A DNA stretch of 64,000 bases from Eledone cirrhosa (GCA_964016885.1 OZ024764.1:25730001-25794000); one strand, 5' to 3'. Shown: positions 11,415-24,272, counted from the first letter of the stretch. Notes: generated by a model not told the origin, from the letters alone. Numbers and translations are program-made.

Positions 11415-11655
11415 CACGAAAATTAATCTAAAAAAGACTAAGGTAATGTTCACCCCATCACCAGGGGAAGCATATATTGAGCCAAATATAATGGTTCATG
11501 GAACTAGGTTGGGTGTAGTTGACACTTTTGTTTACCTGGACAGTACATTGTCAAGAGATGGTTCACTGGATGCAGAAATACAGCTGCACATTCAGAAGCC
11601 GTTTTTAGAAAAGAGAGTGTGGGTGGATCATGGCATTAATATCAGCTTGTGTGTA
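11415..11655 (+). mobile_element. RTE (BovB-like) RT C-terminal fragment
   Basis: KINLKKTKVM...VVDTFVYLDSTLSRDGSLDAEIQLHIQK. Confidence 0.7.
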
Positions 11656-11659
11656 CGTA

Positions 11660-12464
11660 TCATCATCATCATCATCATCATCAGGTTTAGCGTCCGTGTT
11701 CCACGCTTGCATGGGTTTGGACGGGGGTTTTCCCACTTGAGGCAAGAGTGGTTGTCTTGCTCGCATAGGACTGTCTGGCGGGTTTTCTACAGTTGGATGC
11801 CCTTCCTAACACCAACCACATTTACAGTGTGGGGCTGGGAGGTTTTTACCGTGTTGCCTACACGGCCACATTACAGCGTGGACTGTCTGGCGGGTTTTCT
11901 ACAGCTGGATGCCCTTCCTAACACCAACCACATTTACAGTGTGGGGCTGGGAGGTTTTTACCGTGTTGCCTACACGGCCACATTTACAGCGTGGACTGTG
12001 TGTTTTTTGTCGTGACACCTACACGATCTCATTTGTTTCGGCCTGGATGTTGTGGGACCAACATAACTTTACATTGAAAGGGGCGGTGTGGGTGGGGTGG
12101 AGGGTGGTGGGACGGGGGGGTGTTTTGATAGAGGTGCCTACTGACTGTAGTAGGTTTTTACTTTGTATTTAGGTAAGGCGGGTCTTCTCTATTACTGAGT
12201 ACCGCCAAAGGTCTCGGTCCAGTGACATTGTCTTGGAGAGGTGTAAGCGTGTGAGGTCGGAATTTATCAGTTCGTCCCATGTTTTTCTGGGTCTGCCTAC
12301 TCCGTGGCTACCGTCTATCTTTATTGCCCTGCACTTTGTTATACAGCTGTCGTCTTTCATGCGCATCACGTGACCGAACCAACGTAGCCTTCTCTCGAGT
12401 AAACAACATCTGATCCCTCTTATTTCTAATTTTTTCCTTAGTTCGTTTATGCTTTGCCGTTCAC

Positions 12465-12466
<2 letters not shown>
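11660..12466 (-). mobile_element. 5'-truncated RTE LINE with 3' UTR and (GAT)n tail
   Basis: RRLRWFGHVMRM...GRPRKTW at 12169-12466. The 3' UTR has an internal duplication and ends in (CAT)n on the + strand. Confidence 0.85.
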
Positions 12467-12501
<35 letters not shown>

Positions 12502-13057
12502 TGTGTGTCTATGTATGTATGTATGCATGCATGAATGAATACAGTAAGCTATAAATTGGGACACTATCATATATTTTGGTTTCTATTAATTCCCTGGGAA
12601 TTGTTTGACCAAATGCTTTGCTTAATTGTTTTATTTATTTTAAAACAATTTTTATTCTTTCACTAAGACATTTATTAAAGATATTTTTTGAAAGCAAAGC
12701 ATTGGCTCCTAAAATACTACAGTGGGCTTCTGCAATGCTACCGTAGGCCCCTGTGGCCCACTTATCATTGGGCAACCGGCAAGCTGGCCAGTTCGTCCCT
12801 GCATACACACATACATACACAGACAACAAACACAAAACACATATACACACACTCACAAAACATATACATACACATACAACACACATAAAAGACCAACACT
12901 AGGGAGGTTTTCATGTCCCTGACAAACTGAAGGGTCTTCGCAACACTTTAACTAGCTTTCTACAGTTCAATGTTTCCTACCAACAAATTTACAGAGTGTA
13001 CTGGGTGCAGTAATTTGAAAGAAAGAATCCCAAAGGTAACAAATTGTTTGTACTTAC

Positions 13058-13214
13058 ATGACAATGTCCTGTATGGACAACACTGTGTCTTCATCAATGA
13101 GGATTGCATTATTCATGAACGATATATCGTATGCTGCATAACCAAGCCATGGCTGACATCTTGTGGCGCTGTGAGTGCCGAAGACAAAGGCTTGCACGGG
13201 ATACCTACCACAAC
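13058..13214 (-). CDS. Exon 3 of the S1 pseudo-protease gene
   Basis: Acceptor tttgtag|GT, donor CAT|GTAAGT, 157 nt, phase 1/2. Encodes GCGRYPVQAFVFGTHSATRCQPWLGYAAYDISFMNNAILIDEDTVLSIQDIV, equivalent to CG..IVGG..PW..LI..VLTAAHC with His lost. Confidence 0.82.
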
Positions 13215-13851
13215 CTACAAACATCAAGTGAACACATCATCATCTTCATTTAACGTCCATCTTCCACGCTAGCATGGTTTAGACGGGAGTTGTCCCACTT
13301 GAGGCAAGATTGGTCGGGTGACCGTGTCTTGCTCGTATAGGACTGTCTGGTAGGTTTTCTACGGCTGGATGCCCTTCCTAACACCAACCACATTTACAGT
13401 GTGGTCTGGGAACTTTTTACATTACAGCGTGGACTCGGGGTTTTTGGTAATTTTTCTAGGTTATCTCCATTGATTTTTTTTTAAAAACCAGAATTAGTCG
13501 TTTAGTTTACATAGTGAGACCTCAACACCTCCTATATATTTTATAACATTGGATTTCTAGTAATGTACTTTTTTTTTGTCATGTATAATCTTTTTTAATA
13601 TCTAAAAAAAATTATGTGTCACATGAATGCTACCACTTAGAATAACATTTCACTGGAGATAGATTAGTAACATTTAAGAGGGGTGGAATAAGAGTAGGGA
13701 ATGGTGGAAAAAATCTGAAAAATTAATAAGTGGAGGGGGAGACGATTATTCGAGACCCAAGAGTATATATATCAGCCAGTCTGCTGATATGCAAATCAGG
13801 TTGATCATTCACTGTATATTTTAGAAAATATCATGTATTTTCACTGACAGT

Positions 13852-13929
13852 TGGCAGATGAACAGTGAACTGTACTGAAGAAGGGTGATAGCCAGAAACA
13901 TTAGTGTCTGCAGTTCTGTTCACATGCCA
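13852..13929 (+). ncRNA. Type I hammerhead ribozyme with extended stem I
   Basis: TGGCA-GA-TGAACAG-T-GAACTGTA CTGAAGA AG-GGT-GATA-GCC-A GAAA CA-TTAG-TG TC^ TGCAGTTC-TGTTCA-CA-TGCCA. GUC cleavage predicted after 13908. Confidence 0.82.
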
Positions 13930-14058
13930 AGAGAAGAGCAAGAATGAAGGGTTCATTCTACTGACATAGCTTTAAAAATGAGGCTTGTTTGCATAATTGC
14001 AAACGAATCAAATGTTATTAGTAATATTCGAAAAACTCAGATTACATTTATATATATA

Positions 14059-14091
<33 letters not shown>

Positions 14092-14094
<3 letters not shown>

Positions 14095-15000
14095 AAACCT
14101 ACCCTTTTAAGAAAACCCACTGTACCAATAGGAAATGTATTATATGTAAAGTAAACCCCGGATAAACTGTAAAACTAGAAACGTAGTCTATAGCATAAGA
14201 TGTACAGAGGGTACTTGCAGAAACATGACAACAACATACATAGGCAAGACAGCTCGTAGCATAGGTGAAAGGATAGACCAACACTGGGGGGAACTAAAAG
14301 GATGAAAAGATGGTTCAGTACTATACGAACATGCCAGACAACAACACGACGGTAACATAGACAACATAGAAATTAGAATAATATCTAAACATAGAAATGA
14401 CTCAGCAGATAGGCAAATCAGAGAGGCCAGTGAAATAGAACTTAGAAGGCCAAGGCTAAACAGAAAGAATGAATGGAATAACAACAACACCCAAACAAAC
14501 AACACTGACCTAAGAGAAATATAAATAAATAAACAAATAAATGCATACACAAGCACAATAACAACAAACACATAGAAATACACACTAGTAAAATAAGATA
14601 GAATACAATAACCACAGTCACCAAAAACGCGAACACACATCAAACACTATACACACACGCAAACGCATGCACAGAGAAGAAGACAAGAATAAATAAATAA
14701 ATAAATAAACAGACTAAATAAAGATGGCGTAGACATACAATACAACAAGAGGAAACATAATAGCAGCACTGACGATGTTGCAGATGTGCAACGAAAGAAC
14801 TTTGTTAGACTATATATATGTGTTTGTGTCTATATTGTATCTGTATTTTTGACCGTTGGTCAGTCAATGGCAACATTGAGGACCGAATAAATTAAATTAA
14901 CCGATATAAAAGACACAGAAGCGAAAACCAACCAAACAGTGAGTGTGTTCTGTTATTAATTCTGGCAATATTATTACACAAATATGACCCTCCCCAAGTA
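14092..15000 (+). mobile_element. Penelope-like element 3' fragment (GIY-YIG endonuclease plus pLTR)
   Basis: CKTRNVVYSIRC...TYIGKTARSIGERIDQH...RQIREASEI..PRLNRKNEW with an internal stop, followed by a hammerhead motif. Confidence 0.85.
14765..14806 (+). ncRNA. Minimal hammerhead motif in Penelope pLTR
   Basis: AGCA-CTGACGA-T-GTTGCA-GATG-TGCAAC-GAAA-GAAC-TT^TGTT. Stem III is weak. Confidence 0.62.
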
Positions 15001-15060
15001 TAACAATATTTATATATATTATAGGACTTCATCAGTCACGTATGACCATAGGATTTGCAT

Positions 15061-15127
<67 letters not shown>

Positions 15128-15154
15128 TACACACATAGATTTGCATACACACAT

Positions 15155-15219
<65 letters not shown>

Positions 15220-15246
15220 TACACACATAGATTTGCATACACACAT

Positions 15247-15276
<30 letters not shown>

Positions 15277-15281
<5 letters not shown>

Positions 15282-15860
15282 AGAGACATAAAATAAGAAA
15301 ATTATAAAATTAACTTACTTACTAAAATATCACTTCCAACTAATTAGTTTCTGGAATGGAGTAGATACATCTTCCGAAGAAGGTGTAGAGAAACATCCCG
15401 TCATCAGGAAAGTCAATTCTCATATAAGTTTCCAGGCAAAGCGAGGACACTGGAAGCTTATTAAAAAATAAATCAGTGAATAGGAAATGGCAAAGCGTGG
15501 ACTTAATTCCTAGCCATTGAGAAAATCACTGCCTCTGTGTCCGTAGCAAATTCAAAAAGAATAGAACACGTGACATCGAGGTCAATCGGTGGAAAGTGGG
15601 TTGTTAATAAGACAGCGGCCAGCCTACTACTGTAGCAACAGTCATGGCCAGTATTGCTCGACAAAAGATTTGGAGATAATAATAAAGAATTCATATCTAG
15701 TAACATATATATACATACAAATGCATATCGATGCTAGCAAATATATAGGTTTTGTCTTAATAACATTGTGGTTCAATGCATGGGGTTGCAGAACAATAAT
15801 ATAAGAGACGTAAAATAAGAAAATTATAAAATTAACTTACTTACTAAAATATCACTTCCA
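15277..15860 (-). mobile_element. Retrozyme-like element: 522-nt monomer plus about 62-nt terminal redundancy
   Basis: 15277-15338 is repeated at 15799-15860. Non-coding, TA-flanked, contains a hammerhead and is homologous to the 554-bp repeats starting at 43750. Confidence 0.75.
15333..15412 (-). ncRNA. Type I hammerhead ribozyme
   Basis: CTTTC-CTGATGA-C-GGGATG..(TACACCTTC-TTCG-GAAGATGTA)..CATTCC-A-GAAA-CTAATTAG-TT^GGAAG. Confidence 0.8.
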
Positions 15861-17029
15861 TATATATGTGTGGGGGGGGGGGGTGCAAATGGAGCTAATC
15901 AACCCATCTACACGGGTGAAGAAACTATATATTTTTGCCTCAAAGTCCAGCAGTAGGAAGAGGGAAGCATTGTCCTGATGAGGACCATATAAGTTTGCTT
16001 CTGCTAGACTCCGCTTGGTGGCACTGACCGTCAGTCTTCTATTCATAGCTGAGGCTTTCTAAATGTTTATTTTTTTAAACATACCGTATATCTTTAGATA
16101 TCCAAAATTCATATATATCAAATTAAGAGTATTTAAGTTAATTCACCATAATTGTTTTATTGCATGATATATATTTCTATTACATGGTTATTGCATTTAA
16201 TCACCAACTTTTAGCTGGGATAAACTACTGAGCTGAAGTGCTTTTGGATCGCTTGGACCGGCTTAACCCCACAAAGTTCCAACATCACAACCATATAAGC
16301 AACTTATCTCCTGCAACTATATATATATATCATCATCATCATCGCTTAACGTCCATTTTCAGCCCTAGCATGGGTTAGACAGGTTGTCCCATTAGAGGCA
16401 AGTTGTGTCAGGTGGCTGTGTCTTGCTCATATAGAACAATTTCTGGCTTAGTTTCTACAGCTGGATGTCCTACCTAACACCAACAACATTTATAATGTAG
16501 GCTGAGTGTTTTTTGTTGTGACACCTACATAACCACTTTACAGTGCGGACTGGGTGCTTTTGTATATATATATATATACATATATACAAATATATATATA
16601 TATAATTAGGAGATGAAGCAAGTCGAATGGAAGAAACACTGCTTACGCTGTTTCTTCACCCACTCTATGGGAAACTAAGTTTGTATTATTAAAATCGAAC
16701 CCAGCTGGTCATGATGGACACATTTGCTAAACAGGGAGGGAAACAGCTTCATGTGGGTAAGATAATATGGTACCCGAACTGCCAAAATCTCAATTTATGG
16801 GGACCGTAAGTCAGAATGACTAAAATAAGTTAGTCTAACTCATATAATGATGTCCCTACCATGGTTTCAAGGATAAAAAATAAATATTGGACATTTCAAA
16901 TTATTGGAATAATTTATACTCCGCTAAATTGAGATTTATATAACTATATGTATGTAGGTTAGTGGAAGATGACTTCTGGGTAAAGAAGTGCTAAGAAATC
17001 CCAGTAGAAGGAAGACGCAGTATAGCTGA

Positions 17030-18318
17030 ATTAGAGATGAAATTCCAAACCTGAAAGCACGGCTGGGAATCTAAAAGTCTTAAAGTCAACTTAACAAAGT
17101 TAAGTAGAAAGGTTAACAAGGCCCAGATCTCCTCAGGGAAATGGCCCTACACAGTGTGCAGAAAAGGAGTAGGTAGGAATTCCATGCTATGTCCTAAGTG
17201 CAAGCTATGGGTACACAAGAGATATAGTGGGATCCCAGGCAGGCTAACAGAGAACGTAGGTTTCACTTGCGGTCAGTGCACAGGAGCAATAAATAGCAAG
17301 AGCTCTCAAGAAACAATCACTTTCAAATGCCCAGAGGGCTCTATAGATGTGGTAGATAGCTTCTGTTACCTGGGTGACAAAATCAGCAGTGGGGGAGGGT
17401 GTACCAAAAGTACAGTAGCCAGAGTGAGATTGGGCTGGAGAAAGTTCAGGGATCTACAAAGGTTTTTCTCTCAAAATAAAAGACAGACTGTATGATGTAG
17501 GTATAAGAAATGTTGTAGGTATAAGAAATGTTGCATGGCAGCGAGACCTGGGCATTGTGTGTAGAAGACTTGCAAAGATGTGCAATAGCAACATACGTGA
17601 ACGGCAAAGTATAAATACACTGTGTGAGAAATTAGGCCTAAGAGGGACCAGATGTTATGTGGAGGAGAGGAGATTGTGTTGGTATGGACATGTGATGTGT
17701 ATGAAGGATGAGAGCTGTATAAAAAGGTGCAGAGTGCTCAAAGTCAATGGTAACCATGGAGTAGGCAGTCCTAGGAAGACTTGGGATGAGGTATTAAGAG
17801 CTGACTTTGCTCAATTACACCTCACTGAGGTGATGACACAGGACCACGACCTCTGGCGCTATCAAGTATTACATAACAACTGTCCTCTATTATTCTCGGG
17901 CTGAGGCATATACCTAGTTGGCAACACCATTCCCTACCATCTCCCCACCCTCCCCTATACCTGCGTCCCCAATATCCCCATCTTCCCCACCCCTCCCAAG
18001 TTCCGAATCTCCTCTGTAAAGTGAACCCCGCCTGGAGCCACGACAAAAGAGCACAGCCTGCAATAGTGGTCTTGTAGGTATCATGACAAAAGCAAGCACC
18101 CAGTCCACTCTGTAAAGTGGTTGTGTAGGTGTCACAATAAAAAGCACCCAGTCCACTCTGTAAATGTGGTTGGCATTAGGAAGGGAATCCACCCTTAGAA
18201 ACCAAGCCAAATCATTTATGTGTGAGCAAATCACAGTCCCCTGATCCCTCACAAAGGGACAGCCCGTCCAACCCATGCTAGCAAGGAAGATGGACGTTAA
18301 ACGATGATGATGATGATT
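17030..18318 (+). mobile_element. Degenerate 5'-truncated RTE LINE with 3' UTR and (GAT)n tail
   Basis: CRKGVGRNSMLCPKCKLWVHKR, FCYLGD, RRLCWYGHV. Tail GGACGTTAAACGATGATGATG. Confidence 0.85.
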
Positions 18319-18417
18319 GATGATATACAATATATAGATATATATGCGCATATATACCAGTTTTAAACTAGTAGGACCATTATTCAGCAGAGTATTGAAT
18401 ATTTGGGATAGTATTCT

Positions 18418-18838
18418 AGGGCGGGTAAAATTCCCGAGATCCATGGACGAGTTCTCTTCAGCGGTCGCTGTCCCTCATTATCGCTGCCATGTCCTGCGTC
18501 TCCAACAGACCAGTGTCTTTCCTTAGGGCATCAACATACGTTAACCTTGGTCTTCCTCTTCCAGTGTGTCCATGTACGGGCTCCCACGGGAGCACTGAGT
18601 GCAATGTCAACTCTGGATGTTGGTGAGCATGTCCAGCTAACCTCAGTCTCCTCTGTGTCACTTTTGAGCTGACTTTTGGGAGGCTCCTGTACAGTTTTTC
18701 ATCCTCAGTGTGTACTGATTAATGTTCAGAGCCATCCTCAGCATTCTCGTGTAGCACCCACCCACCATCTGAGTGAGTTTCTTGGTCAGTGTCCAAGTCT
18801 CAGACCCGTACAGCAGCACAGACCCCACTACAGCAACA
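18418..18838 (-). mobile_element. RTE-group LINE 3' fragment (second family)
   Basis: LLYGSETWTL...RRLRLAGHA...RGRPRLTYVD. Same family as 59054-59523. Confidence 0.8.
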
Positions 18839-19201
18839 AAGAGATAGTAACAGGATAGTAGAGTGTGATTATATTAAAGAGTTAGACCCTGACATTTTAA
18901 TAGATTTAAAAGAATTGACGTCAGGGTTGCAGCTTATATGGGCAAATCTATTTACACTCTGCACACTACAGTTGCTGTGGAATACAACACACACGAAACG
19001 GACCTCGTAATAGCATTGAGTGCTTCAAATGACACACCGCCTATAACTGTTACACACTAACTAATATATATATATATATATATGAAGGCGACCACCCGGA
19101 CTGGCAACTGCTAATTTTTTGGCCGCCTTCTCATCTTGGGCATCTCTCTGCTTTTCAGCCCCTTGGATTGTGTCTATTATATTCCTTTGTTAAATTTTGG
19201 A

Positions 19202-19259
19202 ATACCTGATGATGTCACCGGATTCATACAGAACCCAGTCATTGAAATGTTCATAGTAT
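19202..19259 (+). ncRNA. Type I hammerhead motif (family of 9419-9476)
   Basis: ATAC-CTGATGA...GAAA-TGTTCA-TA^GTAT inside a TA-flanked repeat of about 220 bp. Confidence 0.68.
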
Positions 19260-19468
19260 AATAAACTTTTAAGGAATTACACCAGTGCAGCCTCCTGGTA
19301 TTTTATATATATTATGTAACATTCTCTCCTTATTTTAATTTATATTCCTTTGAAGTTCCGATGGACCGCTCTGTTTTTAAATATGTTAATTATTTTCAAC
19401 TGAACCAGTTCAATAATGATATATAGTCATCTGATCCAGAAATATTATATTGTTTTGCTTAACTAACG

Positions 19469-19720
<252 letters not shown>

Positions 19721-19721
19721 A

Positions 19722-19935
19722 GGTGTGTGGCTGAGTGGTTAGAGAATTGGATTCGCAATCGTAAGGTTGTGAGTTCGATTCGTGGACCAGGCGATGCGTT
19801 ATGTCCTTGAGCAAGACACTTTATTTCACGTTGCTCCTTCTACCTGGAGTTGCGACCGATAGATAGTATTACCAATTGGAAAGACCAACGGAAACATTGT
19901 TCCCTCGGTCCGATTTGACGAAAGTCGATCGTTCC
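19722..19935 (+). mobile_element. tRNA-derived SINE with CORE-like central box
   Basis: A box TGGCTGAGTGG, B box GAGTTCGATTC and GTCCTTGAGCAAGACACTT. Minus-strand copies at 43041-43258, 47128-47345 and 51250-51467. Confidence 0.85.
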
Positions 19936-20750
19936 TATATATATATATATATATGTATTCTCATCTGTCTATATATGTGCGGCGTCTTGGTTACGCGCGC
20001 TCCCTTGAGTCCAGTGTGTGAGTGTAGAATTGGGTGTATTTGTTGAAAACACCTTCGATATAGCCCTTCTGTTTGAAAAACGTTCTTAATACAGGTTTTT
20101 TCTCTTTCTTTTTGAAATATGTATGGCGGAGTGTATCCTAAGGTTGTGTCCTACAGATGTTACGCTAAATATCCCTATGATTTTTTTTTTTTTAAATTCC
20201 CACAAAACATTATTTATGATGAATGCCGCATACAGCATAATGGCGGGTGTGTACCTGACCGATGTAGACTAAGGCCCCTGGGGGTAATGAAGACGTCGAA
20301 GTGATGCCAGCCGTCCAGGATTACAGCCTTTCCCACCACAGTAGTCATTCTGATACATGAAGAAATGTTGATTGACAGGTGGAGGACGAGAGGAAGCAAG
20401 AAGTGGGCAACCATGAGTGGCTAGAAATACCAGTGACGTGTACAATTCTTGACCACTCATAGAATGACAACAACAGGATCTAAATCAACAAACGGAGAAA
20501 TTTGATGTTATAGGAAAATCTGCTTCCTAGAATCGAGACGTATCCAACGACCGCGCGATTTCAGAGTCAGGTGTGATCACCATATCGATCGTGCCTCGAG
20601 CTGGTCGCCCGAAAAACATTTGTAATGTCCAATAAATTCCTTTCGTCACAACACTGATTCTCTTTTTTCTGTGATATCATACTCTGCTCTACGAGGGCAT
20701 TGAGTGCTCATACAGCCTACCACATACGGACGCCTTAAGCATCCAACACC

Positions 20751-20831
<81 letters not shown>

Positions 20832-20841
20832 AATATAGAAG

Positions 20842-20892
20842 AGCTTCTACAGGACTAGAACTGTTTCATTCGTGAGAAATCATCAGGAAGCT
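20842..20892 (-). ncRNA. Type I hammerhead ribozyme (inverted arm)
   Basis: Reverse complement of 20905-20955 with one substitution. Confidence 0.72.
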
Positions 20893-20904
20893 GGCTGTCC
20901 AGCT

Positions 20905-20955
20905 AGCTTCCTGATGATTTCTCATGAATGAAACAGTTCTAGTCCTGTAGAAGCT
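20905..20955 (+). ncRNA. Type I hammerhead ribozyme
   Basis: AGCTTC-CTGATGA-TTTCTCATGAAT-GAAA-CAG-TTCTAGTC-CTG-TA^GAAGCT. 6-bp stem I, GUA site, weak stem II. Confidence 0.78.
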
Positions 20956-21072
20956 CTTCTATATTAAAACGTTTATACTCTGCTATGTATTGAATACCTT
21001 ACTTACTGTGGTTACCTCCGATTCAACCCGGAATAACGTATATATATACACATATATATATATATATACACA

Positions 21073-21108
<36 letters not shown>

Positions 21109-21111
21109 CAC

Positions 21112-21417
<306 letters not shown>

Positions 21418-21659
21418 GAAATGTCAGAATCAACAGTTTTCCAAGAGATGTCAACATGAATGGACCTGTTATCTTTATCCAAAGACATGTTTATACCCTG
21501 CCCGTCCCTTCAATCTATTTTTTTTCTCATTCTTTCTTCTGATGAAAGACTAGGTTTTAGACAAATATAAACATATTAAAATACTCAGTTCTGTAGAACC
21601 AGAGGTTTCATGTGGGTTTTCTATCAAGAATGTTAACAATAAATGCTTGTAATATTTAC

Positions 21660-21980
21660 CTCTTGGGGGTGGTGCTGTGGTTGGTAGTGTGGTTGGTAGT
21701 GTGGTTGGTAGTGTAGTTGGTAAAGTGGTTGGTAGTGTAGTTGGTAAAGTGGTTGGTAGTGTGGTTGGTGCTGTGGTTGGTAGTGTGGTTGGTAAAGTGG
21801 TTGGTAGTGTGGTTGGTAAAGTGGTTGGTAGTGTGGTTGGTAGTGTGGTTGGTAGTGTGGTTGTTTCTGACTTATAACATTGTTTCACTTTATATTTCTT
21901 TTTAAACATACAGTCACCCTTATTTTCATAATCTGCTGAGCAGAAGGGACTAAAAGGTTTGTATCCATTATCAGAGCGAC
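21660..21980 (-). CDS. Exon 2 of the S1 pseudo-protease gene (Cys module plus TTLP mucin-like repeats)
   Basis: Strong acceptor ttcttctttttttctcacag|GT, donor AGAG|GTAAAT, 321 nt, phase 1/1. Encodes (C)RSDNGYKPFSPFCSADYENKGDCMFKKKYKVKQCYKSETTTLP(TTLP)n..PPPR. Confidence 0.85.
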
Positions 21981-22945
21981 CTGTGAGAAAAAAAGAAGAA
22001 AAATGTAAGAGATAGTATTACATACTTTGTTCACCTGAGAAGTATCAGATACTACGTTGAAGAGATAGCATGTGGTATGTTTCTCTGAAAAACAATACTG
22101 TTAGTTTGGCCAAATGCTTAAAAAGTTCCTTTTGCAATTATTACGTCCAGGCATTGTGAATAAAATTTGGTAGATGGAAATGGTGTGGAAGCCTGTTGGG
22201 TGGGTTGTATATAATTGAAAGTGCCATCCTTGTCACACACTAGATCACAGGCTGGATCTCCCTGAGAACTGTTAGATGTACACATGAAATGCTTGGCCCC
22301 TTACACTAATATAAGATGTAGTATTTAGACATATACGCCTCTATTATGAATCACTCTTTGTTAGTGCTAAATATGGGTGTCTGTGTATGCATGTCTGTGT
22401 GTATGTTTGAGACTGTATGTATGTATGTGTCTGTGTATGTATGTATGTATGTATGTATGTATGTATGTATGTATGTATGTATGTGTCTGTGTGTGTATGT
22501 ATGTATATATGTGTAAATATGTATATACACATGTACATATGTATATATATGTATGTGCATGTGTATGTATATACGTGGGGACATAGAAATAGTCGGGCTA
22601 GATACCCGATTGTGTGGTTAAACCACTGGGAGTGAAGGACCCCTAGCCTTTGTCAGGGAATTCTTCTAGGAGAAGGCAACTCAGGAAACTGGGATAACTC
22701 TGACATAAAACCTGTGACTCAGTAGTTACAGATAATGTTGATCTTTTCTTCTTTTCGGGTTATAGCTACTGTCTCTCAGAGAGTGGGATTGGCTCAGTGC
22801 ACAGTCTTTCCTCACTTTAAAACATATCTTCACACACAGGCATTGCAGGATGGCATTAATTGATAATTTAATGTTATATCGTGCAATAGCCATACTCGAG
22901 AAAAAGGGGGCAGCCATCATATATGTATGTGTGTCTGTGAATGTG

Positions 22946-23428
22946 CTACCATGTAGCACCACATGTCCTCTGCAGTCACAGCCCCTGTTTCACTACCATG
23001 TAGCACCACATGTCTTCTGCAGTCACAGCCGATGTTTCACTACCATGTAGCACCACATATCCTCTGCAGTCACAGCCCATGTTTCACTACCATGTAGCAC
23101 CACATGTCTTCTGCAGTCACAGCCCATGTTTCACTACCATGTAGCACCACATGTCCTCTGCAGTCACAGCCCATATTTCATTACCAAGTAGCACCACATA
23201 TCTTCTGCAGTCACAGCCCATGTTTCACTACCATGTAGCACCACATGTCCTCTGCAGTCACAGCCCATGTTTCACTACCATGTAGCACCACATGCCCTCT
23301 GCAGTTACAGCCCATGTTTCATTACCATGTAGCTCCACATGTCCTCTGCAGCCACAGCCCATGTTTCACTTCCATGTAGCACCACATGTCCTCTGCAGTC
23401 ACAGCCCATGTTTCACTTCCATGTAGCA
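22946..23428 (-). repeat. 47-bp minisatellite (about 10 copies) derived from RTE coding sequence
   Basis: Unit CCATGTAGCACCACATGTCCTCTGCAGTCACAGCCCATGTTTCACTA. The minus strand reads MLHGSETWAVTAEDM, continuous with the RTE remnant to about 23460. Confidence 0.88.
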
Positions 23429-23734
23429 TCACACTTTGCACACAGACATCATAGAGAGAAACCATTTCCAGGTCAACAGTGCGGGGTAGCTGTCTAAAGT
23501 ATTTCGATCCTCTGCTGCTCCACGTCACCTATTGTTGCTTTTCTTTTCCTATCATCAGCTTCGCTTTTTTTATCTTTCTCAACTTTCTGATTCATCTCAC
23601 TGTTGTTTTTCTTCCTTTTTGGAGTCTTTCTTGTCACAGCTCTTCACCATTATTCTCACTCTGCCGTAGCCTTCTCAGACTTTCTTCCAAATAAAGTTTT
23701 ATTCTTCAGTGGCAGTTTCCAAAGTCATTATTTG

Positions 23735-23918
23735 TGGATTGGCAGTATCGGTAAAGGGTCGGACTCCATGCTTTCCAGCATAGTTACGTCCCTTTGCGGT
23801 CTGAGTTCAAATCCCGCCGAAGTTAACTTTGCCTTTCATCCTTACGGGGTCGATAAAATAAAGTACCAGTAATGTACTGGGTAATTGATGGCCTTATGCC
23901 AAAAGTAGGAACAATTAT
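23735..23918 (+). mobile_element. tRNA-derived SINE with Meta-like domain
   Basis: B box GAGTTCAAATCC and GCCTTTCATCCTTACGGGGTCGATAAAATAAAGTACCAG. Copies at about 30243-30428, 31556-31652 (truncated) and 56348-56455 (-). Confidence 0.82.
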
Positions 23919-24208
23919 TTTTTATCTAAAAATTTAAAATGTTTCGATTAATGATGGATATAAGTTTAATCAAATTTTGTTGAATAAGACTCACGGCAAT
24001 AACTTTCAGTTATTTTTCGGAAACAATAAAAAAACTAATGGAAATGAATATGTAAAAATTATTACAGGCTTCACAAATGTTATTTTTAGTAGGATTTCTA
24101 TACTTGTGTCCTAGAGTATGGTTTGTTAATTTATTGTGAAACTAACTGTATAACATCCATTGAACTGAGTGATCTACTTACTACGAATATAACCTCCCAG
24201 TTTTTTAC

Positions 24209-24272
<64 letters not shown>

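Larger units (their letters stand above)
20828..21038 (+). mobile_element. Fold-back mini-element with two inverted hammerheads (Penelope pLTR-like)
   Basis: Near-perfect palindrome 20828-20969 plus a unique tail, between TA tracts. Confidence 0.75.

Noticed and set aside
12715-12798. Possible exon between exons 3 and 4
   Set aside because: No convincing donor or polypyrimidine tract. Exons 3 and 4 join in phase without it.
15970-16010. CTGATGA as another hammerhead
   Set aside because: No downstream GAAA/NUH with pairable stems. The same applies to the motifs near 2226, 21539, 34387 and 56822.
19722-19800. tRNA gene
   Set aside because: A/B boxes are present, but the sequence runs into a SINE body repeated elsewhere and no clean cloverleaf or acceptor stem is evident.
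19975-20750. Possible transposase remnant or exon
   Set aside because: No recognisable motif, terminal repeat or phase-compatible splice sites were found by eye. Left unannotated.
22026-22084. Possible extra exon upstream of exon 2 (tttttcag acceptor)
   Set aside because: The better donors leave introns of only 45-54 nt and the remaining one is weak. Exons 1 and 2 already join in phase.
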